Shown one piece after another: positions 12,683 through 25,369 of a stretch of 64,000 nt of DNA (position 1 is its first letter; the number at the start of each line of letters is the position of its first letter). The notes under the pieces are model-generated. The model saw only the letters and a program-made list of their open reading frames with translations. It was not told where the DNA came from and did not search any database. The position numbers and the translations under genes were made by a program. The stretch comes from Scyliorhinus canicula (taxonomy: Eukaryota). The stretch covers positions 21,689,709-21,753,708 of the forward strand of contig NC_052159.1 of assembly GCF_902713615.1 (NCBI RefSeq). Direction: 5' to 3'.

Positions 12683-12854
12683 CCAAATGCTGTCTGCAGT
12701 TTTACTACTCCTGCAACTTTGGGAAAATGGAACCAGAGAAACAGACAATGAAAGATCTTCACAAGGCACCAGCGCACCACTTTTACCTCTTCTGCAGAGA
12801 TTCCAGAGCATACAGTGCACTAAAGATTTGCCAACTGCAGATGAAGAGGTACAG
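12683..12854 (+). CDS. HERC2: HERC2 coding exon (about human exon 9), 172 nt
   Basis: tag|C CAA ATG..GTA CAG|gtagac; QMLSAVLLLLQLWENGTRETDNERSSQGTSAPLLPLLQRFQS. Confidence 0.96.
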
Positions 12855-13017
12855 GTAGACTTGTGGAAGTGTTTTTAATGATATGTCTTATGTCTTCACG
12901 CTTTTATTTTACACTGTTGGTATGAAATGCAAAGAGCTCCATGAACCCCTGTGTGCACTTTTGAATGATAATTGCTGAGAGTATGATGATATCAAGCCTC
13001 ATTGTCTCTCCCTCCCA

Positions 13018-13191
13018 GGGTAAGATTCTCTGGCCTCCCCACAATGTGTTTCTCCGTGGTGGGAGGCGGCCCGCCATTGGCCGGGGTGTGATCTTCCGGC
13101 CCTGCCGCTGTCAATGGGATTGCCTATTGAATCCACCCCATGCTGCGGGGAAACCTGCGGCGGGGGTCGGCAGGACCGGAAGATCTCACCC
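13018..13191. mobile_element. Short GC-rich MITE (Harbinger-like)
   Basis: Imperfect terminal inverted repeats GGGTAAGATTCTCTGG / CCGGAAGATCTCACCC. Confidence 0.5.
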
Positions 13192-14620
13192 CTTCAGTCT
13201 CTGTTGATGGCTGAATGTGAGATTTGTTTCATTTCATTGACTGTTGTCGTTCAAAGCAACATGAACTATCAATGAAGTGAATTGCACGCATATGGCTTTA
13301 CACTGGGGAATCCTGGATTAGAAATTACATTAAAAAAAAATTCTTATGTCCCAAGTTTAATCACGGACACTGGGGAATAGAACAAAAACTGCATTTGGAA
13401 TATTCTTCCATGATTGGGGATATGGCAAAAGGAATGGTAAGCTAGATTCCCACACTTTTATTTAAATTTGACATGGAAGGTAAAGAACATAGGCATCCGG
13501 CAACATATTCCTTGGCTCAGATACTTGTAAGTATATTTGGGACGTGGAATTTATCGCCCACAGCAGTTTATGTGATGCTGATTTCAAGAAACACCAATTA
13601 CAGAATTCTAATGTTTGCAATTTTTTTCATTTTTGTTTCATCTGTTTTCATTTGTAGCATCTAAATGAGTCAGTCATTAATTTCAGTTTTAGTTGTGACT
13701 GTGTTCGTATGGATTTTATAATGTCTTTCAGCAGTAGCACATTGTATCAGTCGTCAGGTGATGCAGCTATTTTGTGACACTATGCTGCCTATCAGATCTT
13801 CCTTTTCCAAGGAAAGGAAGTTCTGTCCCGTATAATTTTGCTTTGTTTATCGTTTTGTCTGAAAATTGAGTAAAGGCAATCACAGCGATGGGAATGAAAC
13901 CTAAAAGTGCAGCGCCGAGACTTGAGCTTTTAACTGTTGGGGGGTAAAGCAGTATGAATAATTCCTAAACTTTGAGTTACTTAATAAAGTTTCACCTTTC
14001 ACCTCGGAGATGAATGCAGTGAAGATTGCCCCTCCTGCTGTCATACGTCAGTGAGGTCCCAGGGAAAATGAAGGCACAGTTTTTTAACAGAATCTCACCC
14101 AGCATTTGGCACAAATTGGCAGTTAAATTTGGAGGCACTTTAGAATGGGAACTCTGAAGGGGAGAACATTTTCCCTAATGTCACATTTGTTTTCTAACAT
14201 ATTAGATTTGTTTTTTTTCATAGATTTACTCCACAACTGGTTGTGCTGTACCTGGTCTGGAATTGCTTGTTAATTATTTCAAAAGTGTTCTTTTACCCGT
14301 GGTTGATGTTGCACCCTGATCATTAGTTTCCTCCCAAAAGGTTGGGAGTTTCTGCTCGAGTACTTCAATGCTTTGTAGCATTTGAAATGCAAATTCAGTT
14401 GACATACCTGCATCAGCCACCTACTAATTCTCTGGTGTAAAACAAAGTTTATCTTGCCCTCTATATCTTAAAAGCATTTGCATTTACTTATTTAGGTGTT
14501 ATGCCATTATTTATGTATGTTGTGTTAGACCATTCAACTACTGGAAATGTTTGATTTTACATATTCTATGCCATTCATTTAAAATGTAAACTATTCTGTC
14601 ATACTTTCCTGTAACAATGA

Positions 14621-14973
14621 TATAGAATCATTGAAGTTACAGTGCAGAAGGAGGCCATTCGGCCCATCAAGTCTGCACCGACTGTTGGAAAGAGCACCCT
14701 ACCCAAGCCCACACCTCCACCCTATCCCCATAACCCAGTAACCCCACCCAACATGAAGGGCATTTTTGGACAATAAGGGCAATTTAGCATGGCCAATCCA
14801 CCTAACCTGCACATCTTTGGACTGTGGGAGGAAACCAGAGCACCCGGAGGAAACCCACGCACACACGGGGAGAACATGCAGACTCCGCAGACAGTGACCT
14901 AAGCCAGGAATCGAACCTGGGACCCTGGAGCTGTGAAGCAAGTGTGCTAACCACTATGATAGCGTGCTGCCCC
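14621..14973 (-). mobile_element. HE1-like V-SINE with CR1-type tail
   Basis: Head, V-core, GGGCCGAATGGCCTCCTTCTGCACTG tail and TTCTATG-like end. Confidence 0.92.
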
Positions 14974-15179
14974 AAAAAAATATAACTCCCAATTTTTAAA
15001 ATCTCTCTTCCTATTTATTTTTCCTCAAACCAGCCTACATCTTGTGAATCTGAGTTGTACAAAGCCCTCAAGAATGGACTTCCCACCGTAGTAAGCCCAA
15101 AAATGCATGTGGCACATTAACTGAAGTCATATGAAGGCCTTCAGCTCAGCTTTACCTCTTGGCTTTATATTCTATATCT

Positions 15180-16660
15180 CTTGCTAAACCTTGAATACCA
15201 TTAGCGTTTTTATAGCATTACCAACCCTTTAATATCCTGAGAACCTGTGCCCTCAAGTCATTCTGCTTATTCAGAGTAGAAGTACTGCTATTATTTTAGC
15301 AAAATGCATTATTTGACATTCACTAACATTGAATTTATCTACCACTTTTGAACCCATTCCTCCACCTTATCATTATTCCTTTTCAGCTTATTTTAGTTTG
15401 CTGAATAATTAACCATATCTCTTATTTTAGTATGAACTGTAAATTCTGACACCACTTCATTTAGGCCATATGCAACTCATTGATATTCACAGTGAGCAGT
15501 CGAGGTCCCAGAACTGAGCCCTGTGGGACATCACCACATCTGAACCACTCTGAGAAATGGCCCTTAACTCTCACTCTGTTATTTTTACCCTTTCAAAACA
15601 ATTTTAAAATGCAGTTTTCTGCCCTCCCATTACTTTAATACCTTTTGTTCTTCAGTAATCTTGCGTGTAGCACTTTGTTAATGTGCGCCCATTACATATC
15701 TGCCATGCCCATTAGCTTTGGAAAGAATTTTAAAACCACGATTAATCATTCTGAAATCCATACAGTTTGCTTCCATTGTTTCATTATCCAAATTTCATTC
15801 TAGAGTCTCAAATATTTTCTCTGCCGCATATATTAAACTAACTGGTCTATAATTACCCAATGTACTCCATCTTTTTTAAAAGAGTAATTACATTGGCCGC
15901 ACTCTGTGCCTGTGCTTTCCGACCACTCTCCAAAGAGGCCTGAGATACAATTTCTGTGGCTGCTGCAATTTTATTCCTCAGGACAACGGGACATAACCAA
16001 CTGAGTTTGGCCGTTTTGTTTTCTTTTGCCTAACTAACTTACCTAAAACTTCCAATTCTTCAGAATAATGTTGCTCAACTCACTCGCAGCCACTTTTGGA
16101 TCCATCTTTTCCCTAATATACTTCACATTTAATAGAGAGTGATGCAAACCACTTAAATACTTCACTATTCTTTAACCATAATTTGCAATTTGTCAGCACT
16201 CATTCTTAAAGGTCCCACCTTGCTTTAAAATTCTCTTTCTACTGATGTACTTGTAAAATGCTTTATTCTTTTTGATCTTTAACAAATGTTTCCTCATATT
16301 CCCTCGTGACCCTCTTTGCTTATTCCATAGGGTTTTTAAGTGGATATTATTCCTTACAGTCCTTATCAATATTTATTGATGTCTCAATTCTTTAGTTATG
16401 TACAGTTTCATAATAGCTACTGGCTTTTTCTTGGGAGGTGGCGGAGGGGGAGTTTACTCATTTTGTAGCTTTGCAGTCTCCCACTGTTGCGGTATAGTCC
16501 TGGTGTCAACATCTCCTTCCACGTAAACTAGCTCACTCATCTTCGATTTGCTTTGGTAGTGACTTATTCCGTTTCTAATTGGATCTTAAAGACTTTTGGA
16601 TATTATGGTCACCACTCCCAAAAGTGCTCGGGGACACTTAGATCATCTCCTAGTATAGTT
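15180..16660 (-). mobile_element. Old CR1 LINE fragment
   Basis: Minus strand reads DVPQGSVLGP near 15500-15535; heavily decayed. Confidence 0.65.
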
Positions 16661-16665
16661 CATGA

Positions 16666-16839
16666 CAATCGTTATTGTTGCCACAAGTAGGCTTGCATTA
16701 ACACTGCAGTGAAGTTATTGTGAATATCCGCCAGTCACTACACTCTGGCGCCTGTTCGGGTACACTGAGGGAAAATTCAGAATGTCCAATTCACTTAACA
16801 AGCACATCTTTTGGGACTTGTGGGAGGAAACCGGAGCAC
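16666..16839 (-). mobile_element. V-SINE tail type 2, truncated
   Basis: Reverse complement of core end plus tail 2. Confidence 0.8.
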
Positions 16840-16971
16840 TAATTGCTTTAGTTTCATGAGCTTGTTGTAAACTTGTCTAAATATATCGCTCAATTATTTT
16901 GAATGATAAATGCCACTAATGTACTTACTATTGAAAAATCATGAACTAAATGATATTTTCATTTTTTCCAG

Positions 16972-17145
16972 GTTTTGGGAAATCCTTTGAGCCCAAATGA
17001 ATGTTTTTTGAGGTATCTTACTTTACCCCAAGATAACGATTTAGCCATAGATTTACGGCAGACCGCAGTTGTGATTATGGCTCACCTGGACCGTTTGGCA
17101 ACTCCCTGCATGCCACCACAGTGCAGCTCTCCTCCTTCTCAAAAG
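16972..17145 (+). CDS. HERC2: HERC2 exon (about 10), 174 nt
   Basis: cag|GTT TTG..CAA AAG|gtacaa; [42 protein letters not shown]. Confidence 0.97.
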
Positions 17146-17576
17146 GTACAAACATGTGTTAAATACATTCAAAAGTCTCAACCAACTTGTGCACAAACAT
17201 CTACTTCAAATTGTTCGTTGCACATTCTGCAATCCAATCTATAATCCAAACTTGGATGTTAAATACAATGAAGTTGTATTGCTATAGAACCTGGGTTGTG
17301 GAAGATAACACTTTTACTACTTTCATTGGAGTCCATTTCTCATTGATGCTTATCCTTTAAAGAGGCTGCCAGAATGGTTGATGTAAAGAACAGATATCTT
17401 GCACTGTTAAGGTAACCATGCCCTAGGTTGTAGATAAAGGCTCGATAGCGCAGATTAGGGAGGACTTTCCCCAAGATTGCAAAGTATTTTGACTCAGCGT
17501 TGGATATTCTCTCGGCTTCAGCCGTGTAAATCATACTCCACTATCCTAAAAAAATTAATGATCTAGGGTGGTAAAT

Positions 17577-17898
17577 CATAGATACCATAGAATTTACAGT
17601 GCAGAAGGAGGCCATTCGGCCCATCGAGTCTGCACCGGCTCTTGGAAAGAGCACCCTACCCAAGGTCAACACCTCCACCTTATCCCCATAACCCAGTAAC
17701 CCCACCCAACACTATAAGAGCAATTTATCATGGTCAATCCATCTAACCTGCACATCTTTGGACTGTGGGAGGAAACCGGAGCACCCGGAAGAAACCCACG
17801 CACACACGGGGAGGATGTGCAGACTCCGCACAGACAGTGACCCAATCCGGAATTGAACCTGGGACCCTGGAGCTGTGAAGCAATTGTGCTATCCACAA
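17577..17898 (-). mobile_element. HE1-like V-SINE
   Basis: Near-identical to 34723(+) and 50969(-). Confidence 0.92.
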
Positions 17899-18783
17899 TT
17901 GGTGGAGAAATCCACAGAATCCAGAGCCCCGTGCTGAATTCATCAGCAGTATTTAATTTTTTCTTATTGGCTTTGTTCCCGCCTGACAGCTGAATAGTCA
18001 GAAAGCTAGTGAAATGATGGAAAAATGAGAATCCGCACTTTAACACCAACTTCAGATGGAACTTGATTACGTACACTACAAACTGAGCTTACAGCAAGTA
18101 ATAATCTTTATTAGCGTCACAAGTAGGCTTACATTAACACTGCAATGAAGTTAGTAGTTGGGGTACTAACTCTGGTTGGACATATCCCCAGTGGTTTCTT
18201 CAGATACCCTTTTGCGGCCAACCACCTCATCCAGCCAAATCGCACCTCATCGCCAGCCGTGCTAATTTTATAACCTATAAATTAATGTCGAAAGAAAAGG
18301 ATTGGAACACTTTTTTAATATAGCCCAATGCTATTTCTCCTGGGGTGCTTGACGTTGTGTCAACCCTAAGCTGTACTCCTGCAGTGTACTCCTGGTCTCA
18401 GGCTCTGCTCTGAGATCTGTCCGAAGTTGTGACTCTCATTGAAATGGATAGAGCAGCTCCAGGTTGTGATCAGCTTCTCGTTATTGTAACAGACTTGGAG
18501 GGACAGCTGAACATTTATAAGATTTTCTGCACAGAAACTTCTGGGAATATGCAGTAGGTAAGTCAGCATCTGTGGAGAGAAAAGACAGGTTAACATTTCT
18601 GCTAGGGGCTTTTTTCCTTCTAGCAGTTTGCTTTTTATTAAAATATTTCTGTAACTAGTTGGTTTAAGTTCTCCTGTGAGGCATTGCTTTTAACTAGAAT
18701 TTGTGAAGAAATGCAAGTACTGCCCTTTCCTAGGAGATACTTTTACATTGAGAAGGCTTCTTTTCTGTTGATTTTTGTGGTAG

Positions 18784-18972
18784 GGATCTTTGCAAGAGGT
18801 GCTTGGCTGGGGCCTGCTTGGTTGGAGAAGCCAAACAACAGTGATCTGTCCCATTCAATGTGAAGGTATTGCTAACCTTGGAGTGATGCAGATTGCCTGT
18901 GCTGAGAAATGCTTTATTGTTCTATCGAGGAATGGAAGGGTTTACATGCAAGTATACAGCAGCGATACACTG
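18784..18972 (+). CDS. HERC2: HERC2 exon (about 11), start of RCC1-like domain 1, 189 nt
   Basis: tag|GGA TCT..ACA CTG|gtaagt; GSLQEVLGWG..PIQCEG..IACAEK..LSRNGRVY. Confidence 0.96.
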
Positions 18973-19271
18973 GTAAGTTAGTGGGTTTTTTTCCTATTTG
19001 GTACTGACTTTGACATTTGCTGCGGTATCCCAAATGATGCAGTCAAAATAAAGATGAAAGGTGATGCAAGTTTAAGATGTTGTCCGGCTGTCAACTGCTG
19101 AAAGTAATTCCTGTGGAATGTTTGTCTGAGAAAGTCTTGAGGTTTATTTTGGTGGGGCATTTGTTTTTTGAATCTTGTTTTGTCACAAAATAATATTATA
19201 GCCATTGCAACTGCTTTCATATTTATTGTGAATTGGCAAGGCAAAATTCAAGTAATGCGATTCTTTTGTCA

Positions 19272-19455
19272 AATGAAGAACTTGAATTATATAGCACCTT
19301 TCATGTTCTCTTGGTAATGAATTACTTAAAAAGAAAAAGTAGCCACTTTTTTTTTTCAAAAGGCAAGATAATAAAGCACGTTACAAGGTCCCCACGAACA
19401 GCAACTGAGAGGAAGTACCAGTTAATTAGTTTTATTGGTGTTGGTTGAACAGGGC
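19272..19455 (-). mobile_element. Deu-SINE (SacSINE1/AmnSINE1-like) 3' fragment
   Basis: Reverse complement resembles ..TCAACCAACA..GCTGTTCGTGGG..TGAAAGGTGCTATATAATTCAAG. Confidence 0.6.
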
Positions 19456-19469
19456 ATTAAGAACTTGTC

Positions 19470-20240
19470 TAGTCCCTTCCCACCTACATTTATGAATATT
19501 CCGATGTCCTACACCATATCAAGAACTTCCAGTTTCCCCGGCCCCAACAGCCTCCTCTTTACCATGGATGTCCAATCCCTCTATTATTCCCATTTCCCAC
19601 CAGGATGGTCTGAGGGCTCTTCACTTCTTCCTCCAGCAGAGGACTGAACAATCCCCATCGACCACCACTCTCTTCGGTCTGGTTGAACTTGCCCTCTCAC
19701 TGAACAATTTCCCCTTTTAACATGTCTCATTTGCTCCAAACCAAAGGTATAGCTTTGGGTACCTGCATGGGTCCCAGTTTTGCCTGTCTATTTATGGGGT
19801 ATGTGAAGCATTCCTTGTTCCAGTCCTACTCTGGCTCCATCCCACAACTCTTTTTTTCGGTACATTGGCGACTGTTTCGGTGCAGCTTCATGTTCCTGTC
19901 TGGACCTGGAACATTTTTATTAATTTTGCTTCCAATTTCCACCCCTCTATCATCTTTACATGGTTCAGCTCTGACACTCCTCTTCCCTTCTTTGATCTTT
20001 CTATTTCAATCTCTGGGGATAGACGGTCCACTAGTATCCATTACAAACCCGCTGACTCCCACAGCTACCTTGACTACAACTCTTCACAAGGACTCCATCC
20101 CATCTTCTAGTTCCTTCTCCTCCGTCGCATCTGTTCCGTTGATGTCACTTTCCAAAACCGTGCTGCTGACATGTCTTCATTCTTCCTTAATCATGGTTTC
20201 CCATTCACTGTGGTTGACAGGGCTCTGAACTGTGTCTGAC
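19470..20240 (+). mobile_element. Penelope-like element RT fragment
   Basis: FTMDVQSLY, QTKGIALGTCMGPSFACLFMGY, YKPADSHSYLDY, KDSIP; frameshifted. Confidence 0.85.
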
Positions 20241-20244
20241 CCAC

Positions 20245-20430
20245 AATCCCCACAAGGGAAAACATCCTCTCAGCATCTACTGTGTCAAGCCCCCTAAGAA
20301 CTTTATATGTTTCAATAAGATTACCTCTTTTTTCTAAATGCAAATGAGTATAAGTTCAGCCTGCTCAACTCTTCCTCATAAGGCAACCCCTTCATCCCAG
20401 GAATCAGTCAAGTGAACCATCTCTGAACCG
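20245..20430 (-). mobile_element. CR1 fragment
   Basis: Similar to the 3' ORF region of the CR1 at 56440-58875. Confidence 0.65.
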
Positions 20431-21535
20431 CTTCCCCTCGAGCAGCTAACAGTGACCAACTGTCTGAAATCAATATAAGGGGCCACCGTCTTCGGTACAT
20501 CCCCTTCAGTCGACCCCCTGACAGTGTATTTGACCTTCTTGAGGTGTAAAGACTCCACCAAATCCCCTCGCCATACCGAGGCACCCAGTGGTGTCCTCAT
20601 CCTAGCAGAATACGCCTCCGCGCCACCAACGAGGCGAAGGCAAGGATATTCCCCCTGTCCAAAGCTCTGGCACCTCCAAAACCCCAAATAGCCACTAGGA
20701 GCAGGGCTATAACTCAATATTTAGGATTGCTGACATGGTGTCAAAAAAGGACCTTCAGAAACCCACTAGCTTAGAACAGGACCAAAACCTGTGTGTTATG
20801 TCGGCCCCGTTGAGGAGGGCTCATACCTATTCTCCAGCCCCTCAAACAAATGACACAACCCCTCCCTTAGCAAGGTGCACTCGAACACTGCTTTTAACTG
20901 GATAAGGCTCAGTCTCACACACACCGACGTAGCATTCACCCTCCGTAGTGCATCACTCCACACCTCTTCCTCCAGTACAGGTCCCAAATACTCCACACAT
21001 TTCGTCTTCACCCCTTCCATCAACTCAACTCTTCCCCTGCGATCCGCGCATACATGCTGGAGGTACTGCCCTCCTCCAACCCTGAACAGGAGAGAATCCG
21101 CTCCACCAAGGAAGATGGCGGCACTGAAATCTGAAAAATCCTCTTAACAAAGCTCCACACCTGGAGGCACCTGAACGTGTCCGAGCCTAACAGCCCGGAT
21201 TTCTCATCTAGGATGGCAAACCCCACATTCAAAAATCAATCTCCCACTCTCTCTAGCCCTCTGTGGCTCCATGCACAAAATGTGGCCTCTAGCCATGCTA
21301 GCTCAAACAGATGATTAGTGCAAATGGGAGCCAGCCTTGAAGCTGCCCCCAACTTAAAGTGCTGGTGGAGTTGCCTCCGTATTTTTAGCAGGGTCACCAC
21401 TCCTGGGTTTGTTGAGTATTTAGCCGGTGGCGCTGTTATCTACGCCCCCAAATTTGACCCTGACTTCATCTGAACCCAGAGAGGCCGCAGGTCCCCGACC
21501 ACCCCAAAACCTTCTCCGTGTTGGCCGCCCAATCT
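20430..21535 (-). mobile_element. Older L1 ORF2 3' fragment
   Basis: WSDALRRVNATSVCVRLSLIQLK, homologous to the other L1 C-termini. Confidence 0.85.
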
Positions 21536-21689
21536 TTAAGTAATGTTATGGACCCTGCTGATGTTGGGGTGCGAGGGCGTCCCAAATCCCTGAAGGGAAA
21601 CTTGGAATGCTGGTTCTTAACTATTTAAATTGTGATTTGGAAAAACTGAGAAAAGAGATGGAAACATGGTGAGGAAAATGGTCAGCCTT

Positions 21690-22001
21690 AGAACATAGAA
21701 CATACAGTGCAGAAGGAGGCCATTCGGCCCATCGAGTCTGCACCGACCTACTTAAACCCTCACTTCCACCCTATCCCTGTAACCCAATAACCCCTCCCAA
21801 CCTTTGTGGTCACTAAGGGCAATGTATCATAGCCAATCCACCTAACCTTCACATCTTCGGACTGTGGAAGGAAACCGGAGCACCCGGAGGAAACCCACGC
21901 AGACACGGGGTGAATGTGCAGACTCCGCACAGATAATGACCCAGCGGGGAATTGAACTTGGGACCCTGGCGCTGTGCAGCCACTTGTGCTACCATGCTGC
22001 C
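21690..22001 (-). mobile_element. HE1-like V-SINE
   Basis: Head, V-core, CR1 tail and TGTTCTA repeats. Confidence 0.92.
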
Positions 22002-22381
22002 TTGTTGTAAATTATTCAAAGTAACAAAACATTTATTAAACTTTAAAACATGCAACAGTAAAAAACAACATTTAGTTAACCACAATAATAGTTATCCAGA
22101 CAGTATACTTAAATTGCCCCCCCAATCTAAATCTATCTACTTTCCAATAATCCGAGAATACGCCTTCTGCAAAATAACATCCTGTAGGTTTTCACACTGA
22201 GCCAAATCCAACAAATAATTACCACACAGGACCTGAGGCCCTCTTTTGGGGACTTTTCTTCGAACTTAGAGCAGAACTTATGGGGTCTGCGCAGACTGAT
22301 TTTCTTCTGCTTGCTTTCCTGCACAATAGGGTGATGCTCTGAGAGCTCTGCTCTGCTATTAGCCGTGACTATGATCTAGAG

Positions 22382-23017
22382 CAGGAGTTCTCAACCTTTT
22401 TTAACCCATGGACCCCTTTTCCTCTTAATTTTTTTTTGTGGACCCCCATAGCCATTCCTAATCCTTGTACAGTATTTTGTCCGATGACTAAAGTCCATCT
22501 ACCTTACCGTGAGGGTTGGAAACGGATTAGCGGTATTTTCGTACGTTGCCAAACTTATTCTAATATGAAAAGTAATGAAAAAAACTTTTTACTGACTAAA
22601 TTGAATTAAATTACTCTAAAAATAACCAATTCACATCAAATATACACAGTTTCTAGTGATTACTGTGTTAAATCATTCATTAAACTTGTCAAGGAGAAAC
22701 GATGGGTGATTTTCACCTCCGTTTGTTCTAGGTAACTTTAAATTTACGACACTGTCAAATGTAAAGTTTTTTTCTTCTACTTGATTGCCATAAACAATTC
22801 ATAGCTACATGAATATTTCTACTTTTAGTATTTTAATATGGCGTAGATTACTGTAAAAATTTAATTCTCAGTAATAACAATTGTTCTGAAGTAGAATTGC
22901 TCTATGGACCACTAAAATATCACCGTGGACCCCCAATTCGGTATTTTTTTTGTGTGGACCCCCAGTAATGTTACATGGACCCCCAGGGTCCATGTGGACC
23001 CCGGTTGAGAACCACTG
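22382..23017. mobile_element. Non-autonomous hAT (Charlie/Buster-type) DNA transposon, 636 bp
   Basis: TIRs CAGGAGTTCTCAACC / GGTTGAGAACCACTG (13/15); perfect 8-bp TSD ATCTAGAG at 22374-22381 and 23018-23025; subterminal TGGACCCC repeats. Confidence 0.93.
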
Positions 23018-23189
23018 ATCTAGAGGGTCCCTAGACGGCTAGTCTTCACTCTGGTTAACAAAGTGTCTATTTCACCCTGCTACTCGGCTAATATGCATCT
23101 CTCAAGTTTTCAGTGCAGCTAAATTCATATCAGTTTATTTTTTATCTCGTTCATTTTTCACTTCATTCCAGCTTCCTAACAGTAAGGAG

Positions 23190-24610
23190 ACTAAAACCAA
23201 ACACAGCACTCCAGGTCCTGTAGCTCATACAGTTGTAACAAGGCTTCCCTATTTTTATGCTCCATCCCTTTTGAAATAAAAGCCAACATTCCATTTGCAT
23301 TCCTAATTATTTGCTGTAACTGCATGCTAATTGTCTGTGATTTATGCACAAGGACACACCGAATCCCCTGTGCTGCAGCATTCTGCAAAGTCTCTCCGCT
23401 TCTGTTCTTCTATTCTTGCTGCCCCTAATTTTAAAACAGTTCCTCCTAGTTCTGCATTCAGCCACAAGTGGAAACATCCTTTCTAAGTCCTCCTTGTCAA
23501 GACAGTTCAGGATCTTAAATACGTCAATCAAGTTACCACTCACCCAGTGGGAACAAACCCTATCTGTTTAACCTTGCCGAGCCTGTCTAACCTTTCCTCA
23601 TAGACAAACTGCTCATTTTGGGTATCAATCTAGTAAATCTCCTCCGCACTGCTTCTAATGCATTTACATCCTTTCTTAAATAAAGAGACCAAAACTGCGC
23701 ACGGCATTCGAGATGTGGTCTCATCAATGTCTTGTATAAATGAGGCAAAACATCCTTAATTTCATGTTTTATTTCTCATAGTAAAGGACAGCATCCCTTT
23801 AGCCTTCTTAATTGCTCAGTTTATCTGCATACTAACATTTTGTGGCACATGCATGGGAGCGCCTAAATCCCTCCGCACCTTGAAATTCTGCAGAAATTCT
23901 TCGTTAAAATTTTTTTGTTCATCCTGTCGAAGCGAACAACTTCCCATAGAATCATAGAATTTACAGTGCAGTAGGAGGTCATTCGGGCCATCGAGCCTGC
24001 ACCGATTCTTGGAAAGAGCATCCTACTTAAGCCCACACCTCCACCCTATCCCTGTAACCCAGTAACCCCACCTAACCTTTTTGAATACTAATTTATCACG
24101 GCCAAATCACCGAACCTGCACATCTTGGACTGTGGGAGGAAACTGGAATACCCAGAGGAACCCACGCAGACACAGGGAGAATATGCAGACTCCGCACAGT
24201 GACCCAAGCTGGGAATTGATCCTGGGACCCTGGAGCTATAAAGTGACAGTGCTAACCACTGTGCTACCGTGTTGCCACATGTTCCCACATAATACTCCCA
24301 TCTGCCAGATTTCTCCCCACTCACTCAACCTATCTGTCTACAACCATCGTATGCCATTGCAGCGTACTTTCCTACCTTGCTTAGTGTCATCTGCAAGTTT
24401 AGCTACCATGCCTTCACGCCCCTTGTCTAAGTCAATTGAGATAAATTGTAAAATGTTGAGGCCCCAGCAGGGGCCCCAGACCTCTGCGAGACTCAACTTG
24501 TATCCTGCCAATCACAAAAAGACCCATTTGCGCATACTCAGCCAGCCACTCTTCTATCCATGTTAATATATTACCCCCTACACTGTGAGCTTTTATTTTC
24601 CACACTAACC
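23190..24610 (-). mobile_element. CR1 fragments (rearranged) with a SINE inside
   Basis: ANGMLAFISKGMEHKNREALLQLY and ERMFPLV on the minus strand. Confidence 0.8.
23945..24276 (-). mobile_element. HE1-like V-SINE
   Basis: Head, core and CR1 tail. Confidence 0.9.
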
Positions 24611-24640
24611 TAGATAGGGTCTAAATGACAGACCATAAAG

Positions 24641-24952
24641 CAGTGACCGGCAACCTAGACTAGTGAGTGGGCCACATGAATGGCCCTTCATCTCAGTGGG
24701 CTGCAAGATTAAAATCAGACTTGGTCAGTAATAGAGAGGACACGCGGCTATCACAGTCAATGCTGTATGCAATCAGCTTACACCTCACTTCACTTACCCT
24801 TGCTTTGCGTGCACATCACTTAAGTCATACCGGCCTGAAAATACTATGGGGACAGAAATCAGCAGAATGTGGCAACCCTGCGTGTGGGCAGCGGTCAACA
24901 AAATGCATTATGGGCCGCACTTGGACCACAGGCTGCAAGTTGCCCACCACCG
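24641..24952. mobile_element. Degenerate hAT-type MITE
   Basis: Imperfect TIRs CAGTGACCGGCAACCT / AAGTTGCCCACCACCG with GGGCC subterminal motifs; TSD not clear. Confidence 0.5.
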
Positions 24953-25217
24953 CCCTGACATTTCTCTAATGTTTCTGTCCCCATTAAATTTGGAACGATT
25001 TTGATTTTTGTTGCCATTCTTAATCGATCTATGTTTTTTAATAATCTTTTATAATTTTGATATCCTTGAAGCTTTACCCTATCGTAAACCGATGGGCGGT
25101 ATTTGGGTTTGGTTCGGTTTTTAAAATACACGAGTCTCGCTTCCTTCAGGAAGAGACTTGTTTAGATTATGCTTAAATGTTACTGAAATGGTCATAATTT
25201 CTCTTTTGTTTCAACAG

Positions 25218-25369
25218 GCACCACAGTTGGTTCAAGGACTTGCTTCACGGAATATTGTAAAAATTGCAGCACACCCAGATGGTCAACATTTTCTGGCTTT
25301 GTCTGCGGCTGGGGAGGTTTTCTCTTGGGGCTGTGGTGATGGTGGAAGACTTGGCCATGGAGATACTGT
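25218..25369 (+). CDS. HERC2: HERC2 exon (about 12), RCC1 repeat, 152 nt
   Basis: cag|GCA CCA..ACT GT|gtatgt; APQLVQGLASRNIVKIAAH..FSWGCGDGGRLGHGDT. Confidence 0.97.

Larger units (their letters stand above)
21544..23100 (-). mobile_element. LTR-like element interrupted by a SINE and a hAT element
   Basis: Starts TGTTATGG; antisense polyA signal (TTTATT) near 22032; far end uncertain. Confidence 0.3.

Noticed and set aside
17340-17534. Antisense 64-aa ORF as a nested gene exon
   Set aside because: No recognisable homology or convincing splice structure
18159-18368. Possible Tip100-like hAT MITE ending GTCAACCCTA
   Set aside because: Left TIR too degenerate and no TSD
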